From the sequence record MT679221.1: a DNA stretch of 64,000 bases, one strand, 5' to 3'. The position numbers were made by a program, and so were the translations under genes. The notes beneath the pieces are model-generated. The model was not told the DNA's origin and did no database searches. It saw only the letters and a program-made list of their open reading frames with translations. Positions 55,393 through 64,000 of this stretch are shown piece after piece; position 1 is the stretch's first letter; the number at the start of each line of letters is the position of its first letter.

Positions 55393-56670
55393 ATGGCAAA
55401 CTTTGTAAAAAGTAAACTCGCCCGCGAGTCCGTTGAAGCTACCGGCGACGTAATCGACGGTCTGAGCAACGTTGAACCGGCAGAAGAGAACATCGACGTT
55501 CAGCTGGCAGAAGTTGCGTCTATCGACGGTCAGCTGGAACAGCTCGATGGTGACCAGGAAACTCTGGCTGCTGATACCGAGCGTACCGAAGCTGCTATCG
55601 ACGCTGCTGACGAAAAAATCGAAAACGGTGAAGAGATGCCTGAAGAAGCCATCGCTCACACCGAAGTGGCGCAGGAATCTATCCGTAAGCGTTGGGCTAT
55701 CGATCGTACCAAACTGGCGCGCGAATCTTATCGCCGTGGCCGTGGCATGACCAAAGCAGCTCAGGAAGGCTGGAAAGAAACCCTGAAAGATCTGTTCGAA
55801 CGCTTCGTTGAACTGTGTAAAGCAGTTATCGCGAAAGCGAAAGAGCTGAAACTGAAGTACATCAACGTTGGTAAGTCCGCGCAGAAACGTGCGAAAGCTT
55901 ACCAGGAGATGCTGCGTAAGCTCGGCAAACAGAAGAAAGAAAACATTTCTGGTGGCTTTATTAGCAAACTGTCTATCGAAGGTGAATTCGATGTGGCCAA
56001 CTCTATCGCTATCGCGAAAGAGCTGACCGGCGGTAAAGCGAAAGATGCTATCAACAAGCTGTCCTCTCAGGCGGCTGACTCTGCTGTAGCGATCACCAAA
56101 ACTTCAGACGGTACCGCAACCGCTGCTAAAGGCGCTGTTGACGTTGCCCTGTTTGGTACCGCTGCGAAGAAACTGCGCGCACTGCCGCAATTCGAAGACG
56201 GCGAAGGTGGTCAGAAAGTTCTGGCACTGCCAGGCAACGCCTATGTACAGACCGGTAGCAAAACTCTGGCAGGCGGTCAGGAATTCACCGCAGTGGCCTT
56301 CCTGTCGACGGGTGACGTTTCTGAAACGAAAGAAATCGCTACTCCGGCTATTTCTGCACTGGCATCTGCTGCGTCTGCCCTGGACGTTATCGGTAAAGGC
56401 TTCGAGAAAGTCCTGCAAGACTTCCGCAGCTACGATGCTGACGTTGAGAAACTGGAAGAGGCTGCTGCCAAAGCTGCTGCCGCTCTGAAAAAATCCAACG
56501 ACGAAGGCGAGTGGGAAGCGCTGCGTAATGCACGCACTGCAGCTGACCAGGCTGTGCGTAACTACCAGACTCTGAACCGTGCTGTGGCTCACGTTGGTAA
56601 CACTGTTATCAGCGGCCTGAACGGCTACATCGGCGCTGGTATTGGCGCGTACGAAAAGTCTAAAGCTTAA
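55393..56670 (+). CDS. Abundant internal head protein, paralog 1 (SPN3US gp53/phiKZ gp93 family)
   Basis: Acidic propeptide with ARES, AQES, ARES and AQEG sites; Lys/Ala-rich mature part; high-expression codons. Confidence 0.8.
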   Translation: MANFVKSKLARESVEATGDVIDGLSNVEPAEENIDVQLAEVASIDGQLEQLDGDQETLAADTERTEAAIDAADEKIENGEEMPEEAIAHTEVAQESIRKRWAIDRTKLARESYRRGRGMTKAAQEGWKETLKDLFERFVELCKAVIAKAKELKLKYINVGKSAQKRAKAYQEMLRKLGKQKKENISGGFISKLSIEGEFDVANSIAIAKELTGGKAKDAINKLSSQAADSAVAITKTSDGTATAAKGAVDVALFGTAAKKLRALPQFEDGEGGQKVLALPGNAYVQTGSKTLAGGQEFTAVAFLSTGDVSETKEIATPAISALASAASALDVIGKGFEKVLQDFRSYDADVEKLEEAAAKAAAALKKSNDEGEWEALRNARTAADQAVRNYQTLNRAVAHVGNTVISGLNGYIGAGIGAYEKSKA

Positions 56671-56747
56671 TCCGCTTTACGTACTGAACGTCAGTTGACA
56701 AATCATTAATGGCGGTACACGGCGTACCGCCTAGAGGATAGAAAAAG

Positions 56748-58007
56748 ATGGCTAACTTTGTAAAAAGTAAACTCGCTCGTGAATCTGTCGAAGGCGCAGG
56801 CACTGTCGTTCCAGATGGCATCGAGCTGCCGGCTGAGTCCGTGGAAGGTACTCTGGCTGACATCGAGCATGACACCAAACCGATCGACCAGCTGGACGCA
56901 GAAGCAGACGTGCTGGCAGAAGACGGTGACGAAACTGATGCACAGCTGGATGCAGTTGATGCTGCTGAAGCCGCCGCTGACGGCGAAGGCGAAGATGGCG
57001 AAGAGCCAATGGAAGTGGAAGAAGATATGCCTGACGAAGCTGCTGAGCAGCTGGACGTTGCGCAGGAATCTATCCGTAAACGTTGGGCATTCGATCACCG
57101 CGTAAGCGTTGCGCAGGAATCTTACGGCGCACGTAAACGCCGTCAGGTTGCTCGTGAATCACTGTGGGACGACATCAAAGCGTTCCTGCAGCGTATCTTC
57201 GACTGGCTGAAAGAACAAGGCCGTAAAATCAAAGATCGCTGGCTCAAGTTCAGCAACCAGGGTAAATCCATTCAGGCGCGCGCTAAGAAATATGACGCGG
57301 CTCTGCGTGGTCTGGGCAAGCAGAAGAAAGACACCGTTAGCGGTGGGTTCATTAAGAACCTGACCACCGGTGGTAAGTTCGTCGGTAACGACATCAACGT
57401 CCTGAAAGGTGTTCTGTCTACTATCGGCAGCATCTACGGCGAGCAGGATGCAGTGGTCAAAGCTGCAACCAGCATGGTCAGCGCAGTTGAAGGCGGCAAA
57501 CTGAACAGCGGCTTCGCAGCAGCGGTTAACAAAGCCACTGCAGGCAAAGCGGGCGAAGTTCAACTGCTGGGTAACCAGATCGGTAAAGCTGACGTGAAAG
57601 TGAACGGGGATGACCTGGAAGCTTCCTTCACCGTTATCGATGCTGAAGGCAGCGTAGAAAAATCTGTTTCTACTCCGTCTGCTCAGACGCTGTCTTCTCT
57701 GGTTGCGTTCTTCAACCAGCTGGGTAAAGCAGTCGAAGAGAACGTGAAAGCGTACCACAAAAATAACCAGGCTCAAGAATCGTACGAGCGGGCTATTGAG
57801 GCGCTGCTGAAACGTATCGACGGCGTGAAGATCGACGACAACGCTGAACTGACTTCCAACGTCCGTGTTGCACGTCGTGCAATCACCGTTGCGAACCAGT
57901 ACATCTCCTGGACCGAACGTTGCGTTGCAACTGGCCAGAAAAACCTGATCGCCGGCGTTAACGGCTACATCAGCGCTGGTATCGGTGCGTACGAAAAGTC
58001 TAAGTAA
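56748..58007 (+). CDS. Abundant internal head protein, paralog 2 (SPN3US gp54-like)
   Basis: Shares MANFVKSKLARESVE, AQESIRKRWA and NGYIxAGIGAYEKSK with the upstream gene. Confidence 0.8.
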   Translation: MANFVKSKLARESVEGAGTVVPDGIELPAESVEGTLADIEHDTKPIDQLDAEADVLAEDGDETDAQLDAVDAAEAAADGEGEDGEEPMEVEEDMPDEAAEQLDVAQESIRKRWAFDHRVSVAQESYGARKRRQVARESLWDDIKAFLQRIFDWLKEQGRKIKDRWLKFSNQGKSIQARAKKYDAALRGLGKQKKDTVSGGFIKNLTTGGKFVGNDINVLKGVLSTIGSIYGEQDAVVKAATSMVSAVEGGKLNSGFAAAVNKATAGKAGEVQLLGNQIGKADVKVNGDDLEASFTVIDAEGSVEKSVSTPSAQTLSSLVAFFNQLGKAVEENVKAYHKNNQAQESYERAIEALLKRIDGVKIDDNAELTSNVRVARRAITVANQYISWTERCVATGQKNLIAGVNGYISAGIGAYEKSK

Positions 58008-58018
58008 TTAGACTGGCG

Positions 58019-58058
58019 AATCCCCCACTTCGGTGGGGGATTTACCCTTTCTTTTTTT
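58019..58058 (+). terminator. Intrinsic terminator
   Basis: AATCCCCCAC-TTCG-GTGGGGGATT plus T tract. Confidence 0.88.
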
Positions 58059-58080
58059 GTCTCAGATTAGAAAAGATTTC

Positions 58081-58100
58081 AGATATATATTACCTAGGTG
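58081..58100 (+). promoter_or_regulatory. Putative early promoter
   Basis: AGATATATATTACCTAGGTG (TATTAC core). Confidence 0.7.
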
Positions 58101-58143
58101 AGATTGCATTGGTAATCTTTTAACCGACCATCACTTAAGGAAT

Positions 58144-58905
58144 ATGAAAATGAAAACTATCAATCTGCTCACTCTGGCTAATGGCTCTATCGAACGTAGC
58201 GAAGACGACGGTGCTATCCTGCAAGCAACCAACGGCTTTAAAATTATACTGTCCCCAATTCAATTCACCGGCTTACAAGTCTGGCTGCGCGAAATCAACA
58301 AACGCAAACTGCCGCGCCGTATGGCGGTTGGCGACCTGCTCTTTACACTGGATAACGTTGACGGTGTTAAACCGGAACTGTACGAAGTTCAGTACAAAGC
58401 CGCAGTCGACACACTGCGCCTGAAGAAAGGGGAAGAAATCAAATTCATTCCGGTGACCTATAATGGTAACAATTACCTGCAGATGGAAGACACCCCGTTC
58501 GCTGTGCACGTCACTGACACTGCTGTTGAATTGGTCATTGCCTTTGGTCTGGTTGCGACTCCGGCGGTACTGGAAATCAGCGAAGACCCACTGCAAGATT
58601 TCGGTACGCTGTTCGATACCATGCTGGGTGGCATGAAGCTCGGGAATATCACCAAGGTCATCCGCCGTATTCCGATTCTGAATGCGCAGCCGAAAGTGAT
58701 GACCCTGGCAGAAAGCATGACGGAACACCCGGAGCTGACTGCTGAAGAAATTCAGGCGCAAGAAGAAGCAATTGAAGAAGAACGTCAGAACGCCCAGCGT
58801 GAAGCCATGAAGCCGTTCCGTGGTTTCCTGGATGCTATCTTCGACTGTGCGAACTCGCTGATGAAACCAGTTGAAGTGAAAACCGCTGAAGAACCAGCAG
58901 CGTAA
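58144..58905 (+). CDS. Hypothetical early protein
   Basis: 253 aa; AAGGA RBS. Confidence 0.85.
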   Translation: MKMKTINLLTLANGSIERSEDDGAILQATNGFKIILSPIQFTGLQVWLREINKRKLPRRMAVGDLLFTLDNVDGVKPELYEVQYKAAVDTLRLKKGEEIKFIPVTYNGNNYLQMEDTPFAVHVTDTAVELVIAFGLVATPAVLEISEDPLQDFGTLFDTMLGGMKLGNITKVIRRIPILNAQPKVMTLAESMTEHPELTAEEIQAQEEAIEEERQNAQREAMKPFRGFLDAIFDCANSLMKPVEVKTAEEPAA

Positions 58906-58931
58906 ATATTACGTTAGCCTGAAACCGTATG
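58904..58931 (+). promoter_or_regulatory. Putative nvRNAP middle promoter AAATATTAC-N15-TATG
   Basis: Full motif match. Confidence 0.7.
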
Positions 58932-58963
58932 TAATCGACCATTAATCTTAAGGAGTATTTATA

Positions 58964-59509
58964 ATGAAACGTGTCAATCTTAAAGATATTATTAGCGTAA
59001 GTAACGATAAATCATCGCCCCTTTGGGACGAGGTTACTACGCTGCAATTTAGTACCAGTGTCATGACAATCCCGCGTCCAGTTATGATTGGTCTGGGCGT
59101 ATTCATTTTAGAATGTGATCGTCGTGCAGCAGGCACGCACATTCTAACGTACGGTGGGTACGAGTTTGTCGTCGAAGGCGAACTTAACAAACATTGCTCG
59201 GAGAGCATCATCGGTCTTTGGAAATACTTAATCGATGCGGGATTGTCCGACATGTCTAAAGTCTGTAGTCACGATTACGGTAAGTTGGAGCATTTTGTTC
59301 GTCGTAACGGTGAGCGTGTTCCGGTGACGATTGATGGTTACCAGACCAAAATGGTCACCGCGCCTTACAGCGCTGAGGGGATACGTGCAACGCTTTACAT
59401 TCGCCAGACGCTCGTACGCGATGACCTGTTAGACGAAGCAGAGCAAACTCTACATGGTCGTGTTGTGAACCTCGCACCGTCTTACGACGCGCAGCGTATG
59501 GTTCAATGA
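58964..59509 (+). CDS. Hypothetical protein
   Basis: 181 aa; AAGGAG RBS. Confidence 0.85.
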   Translation: MKRVNLKDIISVSNDKSSPLWDEVTTLQFSTSVMTIPRPVMIGLGVFILECDRRAAGTHILTYGGYEFVVEGELNKHCSESIIGLWKYLIDAGLSDMSKVCSHDYGKLEHFVRRNGERVPVTIDGYQTKMVTAPYSAEGIRATLYIRQTLVRDDLLDEAEQTLHGRVVNLAPSYDAQRMVQ

Positions 59510-59515
59510 TTTAAT

Positions 59516-59545
59516 AAGGTGGCCTAACATGCCACCTTCTTTTTT
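59516..59545 (+). terminator. Intrinsic terminator
   Basis: AAGGTGGC-CTAACAT-GCCACCTT plus T tract. Confidence 0.8.
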
Positions 59546-59556
59546 GGGATTTTTTG

Positions 59557-59928
59557 ATGACCGATAAATTTAAATTTGAGATGACGCCAGAAACCGCAAA
59601 CGTAGAACCGCAGATTCGCCTCCGTGTACGAGATGACGAATACTGTCTAGCGATAGTTGAAGAAGACCTGGCAGAGGCCTTGTTGCTGCTCGGCGACAGG
59701 GAATGGCTTGGTACGCTAACTATTAGGCTTAAGAGGCCGTTGGTTGGTGGTGGGATGTTTGCAGGTTGCTGTACGAACAGTCTGTTGGTCGATGTGGATG
59801 CCAGAACGGTATCACTGTCGGTGATTCTGGACTATCCGGTGACGTTCTCGTATAGCCGTCTTGAATTTAGTCGCCATTTACGCCATGCAATGAAAGAATT
59901 ATCTAAAGCCCGTAGGAGCAAACCGTGA
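59557..59928 (+). CDS. Hypothetical protein
   Basis: 123 aa; GTGA overlap with DHFR. Confidence 0.75.
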   Translation: MTDKFKFEMTPETANVEPQIRLRVRDDEYCLAIVEEDLAEALLLLGDREWLGTLTIRLKRPLVGGGMFAGCCTNSLLVDVDARTVSLSVILDYPVTFSYSRLEFSRHLRHAMKELSKARRSKP

Positions 59929-60476
59929 AACTCTCTATTATCGTCGCGATGGACCGCAACAATGCCATCGGTAAAAACAATGAACTGCCGTGGCGTCTGC
60001 CTGCCGACCTGGCTAACTTTAAGGCAATTACCACAGGGAAGAACGTTATCATGGGCAGTAAGACCTGGGAATCGTTAGGTTGTCGTCCTTTGCCTAACCG
60101 CGGTAACTTAATTGTTACTCGTAACCCAGAAGGGTACATCAATGGCCGGGAAGAACACACCGACATGCGTTTGGTGACGTTTCACACGAGTATTGATTTA
60201 GCCATCAAAGCTCTGGAACGTATCGAGAAAGATACCGGAAAAGAGCAAGAGGTGATGATTATTGGCGGCGCATCAGTTTATCAACAAACCCTCGCTCGTG
60301 CGGATCGTATTTATCTATCGCGTATTGACATTGCTGTTGAAGGTGCAGATGCATTCTTCCCAGAAATCGACAGAGATGTTTTTCAAGTCGACTACACCAT
60401 GACCCATTTACCCGACGGCCAGAAACACACGCACCGTTGGACGTATCAAATTTTAAATCGTATCGCTGGAGTTTAA
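59925..60476 (+). CDS. folA: Dihydrofolate reductase
   Basis: IVAMDRNNAIGKNNELPWRLPADLANFK, VIMGSKTWES, RPLPNR, IIGGASVY, DAFFP. Confidence 0.95.
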   Translation: MKLSIIVAMDRNNAIGKNNELPWRLPADLANFKAITTGKNVIMGSKTWESLGCRPLPNRGNLIVTRNPEGYINGREEHTDMRLVTFHTSIDLAIKALERIEKDTGKEQEVMIIGGASVYQQTLARADRIYLSRIDIAVEGADAFFPEIDRDVFQVDYTMTHLPDGQKHTHRWTYQILNRIAGV

Positions 60477-60477
60477 A

Positions 60478-60807
60478 GTGGAAAAGAAATCTGTTAAAGG
60501 TTACGTGATGGAAGTAACCCCAAAAGCGGCTGAACTGGCGAAAGAGTATACCGATTGTATTCTACCACTGACGTCAATTGTGGTTTGCGAGGGTTCCTTC
60601 TATCTCATTTTCGGCAGCAACGAGCTGGTTTATGCATACATCGATGACCCTGATCAAGTTACAGCCCTCTCTATCGCGATGGGTAAAAGGTTATCAGACA
60701 AGATGATTGAATTCGTTGTCGGGCAAACGATGGACATTATCCGCAATCCGGTTGGGCACAGCGGAATAAAATGTAAGAAGTGGCAGCTGGCTTGGCTGGC
60801 CCACTAA
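60478..60807 (+). CDS. Hypothetical protein
   Basis: 109 aa; GTG start; GGAG RBS. Confidence 0.7.
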   Translation: MEKKSVKGYVMEVTPKAAELAKEYTDCILPLTSIVVCEGSFYLIFGSNELVYAYIDDPDQVTALSIAMGKRLSDKMIEFVVGQTMDIIRNPVGHSGIKCKKWQLAWLAH

Positions 60808-60813
60808 AACACG

Positions 60814-60843
60814 AAGGGAGTTTCGGCTCCCTTTCTTTTTTTT
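60814..60843 (+). terminator. Intrinsic terminator
   Basis: AAGGGAGT-TTCG-GCTCCCTT plus T tract. Confidence 0.85.
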
Positions 60844-60884
60844 GCGTTTTAGGCCAGTGATATGACTACAACGAGGGACAGCTA

Positions 60885-62387
60885 ATGCAACAGTATTTTG
60901 AAATTCCATCGTTGGACAAGACCATGCGCAAAGCTGTGGTCGACGGCGTCGTAGAACGTGTGCTAAACGAATCTGGTATTGAACGTGCCAGTGTTGTTTT
61001 CACGGATAGCTTCAACACCGCCCATCAGCCAGGCTCTACGCTCGGCGATGAGACACCGGTGGACTATTCAGCACCGAACCGTGTCTACGTCGAAGTGGAA
61101 GAAGAACGTGATGAACGTGCACGCATTAACCGTCAAGTTGGGTTAGCGGCAGAGATTCCATTCTTCCATAACCCCGAAGACCAAGTGCGCGCTGCTCCTG
61201 TCCGCGTAATGTATAACGTGACCATCACGCTCCGGCGTGTCGGCCCATCACGCGACGAATTGTTACGTTGGGCGAACCGCCTGGATTCACTTATCGACAT
61301 GGGTCGCTATTCGACCATGACAGAATCCGAAGCGTATTACTTGATTCCAAAACCTGCGCTTAAGCTATTGAACGAATGCTATATCGCTGCAGGGACCCGT
61401 GTGCCGAAATACGATGACTTTAAAGCCTATCTAAAGGCACATTTCACACCCGACGTTTTCACCACAGGCAATGTCGCCGGTGGCCAGAATGTCTTAGCGG
61501 TGCGTTATGCACCAACCCGTATCGAGACGGTTTACGATGTTATCTCTCCTACCTGGGATAACGACGAAAACCATTACGAGACCAGCTTCGTTATACGCTT
61601 CTCGTATCAGCGACCCGAAGAGGTGGTGATTACCTACCCGTACATCATCAACCAGACACCGTTGCCTGATGAATGGTGGCCTGAGATAGACCCACCGTTT
61701 GTGAGTAATGAAGAGGGTGTGCAACGTCACCAACAGCAAAAGAACCTCGACGGCACTTGGTGGATTAATGAATCTCGCCAGTTCTTACGCCTACCGTATC
61801 TGCTGTCACCGACAGAACAGTTCGAACGTACACACTCGCCTCTAAAAGCAAAGCTTCTGCATGTGTTCGGCACCGATGTAGCCTTCGGTGAAGAAAACAT
61901 GATCGACCCTGAGGTTTGTAGTATCGATGATTTACCGTATGTCTGGAATGCCGACGTGGTTCCTTATATCGAGCACTGTCGCACGATAGACCCGACAGGT
62001 CAGACGGGCATTATCCGTATGGAATTGTTCGAGAATGGTCAAATCATTGAACCACGTTTCTACCATTGGGAAAACGGCGTCTTCTCGCTACGTAACCGTA
62101 AAGTTCATGTCGAGAAAGCGTACTACTTAACAGAGTCGGCAATACACGACTGGCGTAATATGGACTTATGGCCACTGCATCTTTATCCAAAAGCGGCAAA
62201 AGTGCTTATTGAGTGGTTATTCCCAGATTGGGATTGCCCGGATTGGTGGTGGGATAAACCTGTGTTACCACCAAGTGTGATTGATGAAATCACGAAGTTC
62301 TATCGCCGTGTCCTGTTGACGCAATTTAATACCACGATTATAGCCATCAGAGGAGCCGATAATGCTCAAGGCGAACAAGAGGGGTGA
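60885..62387 (+). CDS. Virion structural protein (possible tail terminator/neck)
   Basis: 500 aa; late-type TATG at 60861; PVRVMYNVTITLRR weakly resembles T4 gp15. Confidence 0.6.
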   Translation: MQQYFEIPSLDKTMRKAVVDGVVERVLNESGIERASVVFTDSFNTAHQPGSTLGDETPVDYSAPNRVYVEVEEERDERARINRQVGLAAEIPFFHNPEDQVRAAPVRVMYNVTITLRRVGPSRDELLRWANRLDSLIDMGRYSTMTESEAYYLIPKPALKLLNECYIAAGTRVPKYDDFKAYLKAHFTPDVFTTGNVAGGQNVLAVRYAPTRIETVYDVISPTWDNDENHYETSFVIRFSYQRPEEVVITYPYIINQTPLPDEWWPEIDPPFVSNEEGVQRHQQQKNLDGTWWINESRQFLRLPYLLSPTEQFERTHSPLKAKLLHVFGTDVAFGEENMIDPEVCSIDDLPYVWNADVVPYIEHCRTIDPTGQTGIIRMELFENGQIIEPRFYHWENGVFSLRNRKVHVEKAYYLTESAIHDWRNMDLWPLHLYPKAAKVLIEWLFPDWDCPDWWWDKPVLPPSVIDEITKFYRRVLLTQFNTTIIAIRGADNAQGEQEG

Positions 62388-63717
62388 TACTAAATTCGTT
62401 CCTGTTGAACCTGAAATTCCGATTATCAATAAACCGCAGGACGGGGTGAAAGAAGCCAGCAACTTGGTAACGATTCCAACCCGCACCACGGTAACGGACT
62501 TCGACAGGATTCCGAAACAGTATCTCCTGCAATACAACGAAGGTTCTGAATGGCCGGTTGATTTTTATCACGCGTTGTCGGGTCGCAACGATCCGAAGAC
62601 GATGTTCGATACTCAGAATGACAGCCCTACGCAACAGCTGCTTAAGATTGTTAATCTGTCATTACGTGTTAACGCACCGCTCGACCGTACGCAGGACGAA
62701 CAACGTAAGACTTTCGAACTGACCGGGACGTCGACCCTGGTAGCATCGATTACACCGAACGAGGGTGACTTCTTTGTTGCGCCGATAGGCGACCATCGAC
62801 ACGGTCTGTTTAACATCACTGCCGTTACTCGAATGTCGAACAACAAAATTGCAACGTACCAGATACGTTACACGATGTTGTACGAGATTACACCGCAGAT
62901 TGCAGAGACGATTCGTCTGTGCACTGTGAGAACGCTCCATTACGTCCGTGAGCGCGCGTGGACCGGTGGTGATACCTTACTGACCCCCAACGAGTATCGT
63001 ACGTTCCTGGAACTGGGAGACCGCATTAAGGACATTGAGACGACGTTTGTTCGCCGTTTCTACGATACCAGTTTAGAAACCCTTGCTTATCCACGCGACT
63101 GGAAACTCGACGGGTTAAAGGCAGGTGGCTACTACGACGTCTTCTTGGCGATGTTTGTGAAGGCTATCGGCCTTCGAACTGTTGGTAAAGATATCCGTAT
63201 TTACCCACACCCGCCGAAACCTGTGCAGGATATCGAAACGCTGTTCACGGTGCTGTTAAATCAACAGCCAGGACTACTACCGTACGTCGAGAAAGAATGC
63301 AGCGCAGTTAACCCGCGCACTTTCAGAACGATGCAGACCCGCAACACCATCGCGTGGTCACAGTTCAGTTCAACGCGCTTCTTTACATCACAGATTCGTC
63401 AGTTGGCAACGTACGATGGGGAGTGGCCAGAGTTCGAAGCATTCGAACCGGTTATGTTCCCTGAGTATCAGGGCAACGCAGGCGAGGATATGGTGGCTTT
63501 TCTGCCGTTGACGTATAAACCCTACCTGTTAAGCGAAACGTTCTATAGCGGCTCGTACAGCTCGGTTCTGGAGCATTGTTTGTACCTGTATCTGAACAAA
63601 CAACCAGTACCTAGTGAAGTGGCTGCGCGTTTAGCAGAATTGGTGCTGGCTTTACCGAAGGACAGTCAGTTCTATTACGTCCCGATGGTCTACGTGATTT
63701 TGAAATACGCGAGGTAG
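62362..63717 (+). CDS. Virion structural protein (possible neck/head-closure)
   Basis: 451 aa; PNEGDFFV..GLFNITAV weakly resembles T4 gp14. Confidence 0.6.
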   Translation: MLKANKRGDTKFVPVEPEIPIINKPQDGVKEASNLVTIPTRTTVTDFDRIPKQYLLQYNEGSEWPVDFYHALSGRNDPKTMFDTQNDSPTQQLLKIVNLSLRVNAPLDRTQDEQRKTFELTGTSTLVASITPNEGDFFVAPIGDHRHGLFNITAVTRMSNNKIATYQIRYTMLYEITPQIAETIRLCTVRTLHYVRERAWTGGDTLLTPNEYRTFLELGDRIKDIETTFVRRFYDTSLETLAYPRDWKLDGLKAGGYYDVFLAMFVKAIGLRTVGKDIRIYPHPPKPVQDIETLFTVLLNQQPGLLPYVEKECSAVNPRTFRTMQTRNTIAWSQFSSTRFFTSQIRQLATYDGEWPEFEAFEPVMFPEYQGNAGEDMVAFLPLTYKPYLLSETFYSGSYSSVLEHCLYLYLNKQPVPSEVAARLAELVLALPKDSQFYYVPMVYVILKYAR

Positions 63718-63719
63718 TA

Positions 63720-64000
63720 ATGTCGGAGAAGAAGCGCAGTGCAGCATTTATGCTGTTTAAAGCGTGGGTGTTCTTCCGGGTACCGGAATACGCAACCATC
63801 ACAACCTACGCCAGTCAGGAACACGGATTGTTCTTGCCAGAAGACCCGAAGAAACGACAAGCGTTGTTACTGAACATGAAGCCTATCTATCTGCACCCCT
63901 CAGAAGCCGCTGAGTATTTAGCGACCGGTGGTGCGTTAGATGTACACGACCCGCATGACGGGATTAAAGTGTACGGGTGGATTATGGAACACCTTGCGGA
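63720..64000 (+). CDS. Hypothetical protein, truncated by the window end
   Basis: GAGGT RBS; MSEKKRSAAFMLFKAWVFF.. open to position 64000; absent from the ORF track. Confidence 0.8.
   Translation, partial: MSEKKRSAAFMLFKAWVFFRVPEYATITTYASQEHGLFLPEDPKKRQALLLNMKPIYLHPSEAAEYLATGGALDVHDPHDGIKVYGWIMEHLA

Noticed and set aside
53057-57776. Long minus-strand ORFs opposite head genes (53057, 54174, 56104, 57159)
   Set aside because: Antisense shadows of codon-biased, highly expressed genes.
1-64000. CRISPR array, IS/transposase, integrase, inteins
   Set aside because: No repeat-spacer periodicity, no transposase or recombinase motifs, and no intein-sized insertions with splice-junction residues were seen in the polymerase, helicase or RNAP ORFs.

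Overview
This window is the left ~64 kb of a nucleus-forming jumbo myophage (phiKZ-like, Chimalliviridae). Gene order and sizes match my recollection of Salmonella phage SPN3US and its relatives (roughly gp1-gp62); a BLASTn would be needed to confirm this. It encodes a probable chimallin (ChmA), three of the four non-virion RNA polymerase (nvRNAP) beta/beta' subunits plus a sigma-like subunit, and one virion RNAP subunit. It also carries a B-family DNA polymerase split into two distant genes, an SbcD nuclease, an SF2 helicase, probable ChmC and PicA/Imp1 nuclear-shell factors, DHFR, an HslV-like peptidase, and blocks of head and baseplate genes. A group I intron carrying an HNH homing endonuclease interrupts the nvRNAP beta' gene directly before its catalytic DFDGD motif. 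Two promoter motifs recur in the sequence: AGATAGATATTAYCT and YAC-N15-TRTR. The most promising unexplained signals are: (1) a candidate programmed -1 frameshift fusing two tail/baseplate-chaperone-like ORFs (39740-39746); (2) about 2.4 kb of promoter-associated, ORF-free, heavily base-paired sequence (180-990 and 2620-4110) that includes a tRNA-like element with a 3-nt anticodon loop; (3) a chain of perfect palindromes at 1-93; (4) nucleoporin-like Gly/Leu tails on the probable import factor and its neighbour. All structure and homology calls were made by eye, with no folding or database searches.
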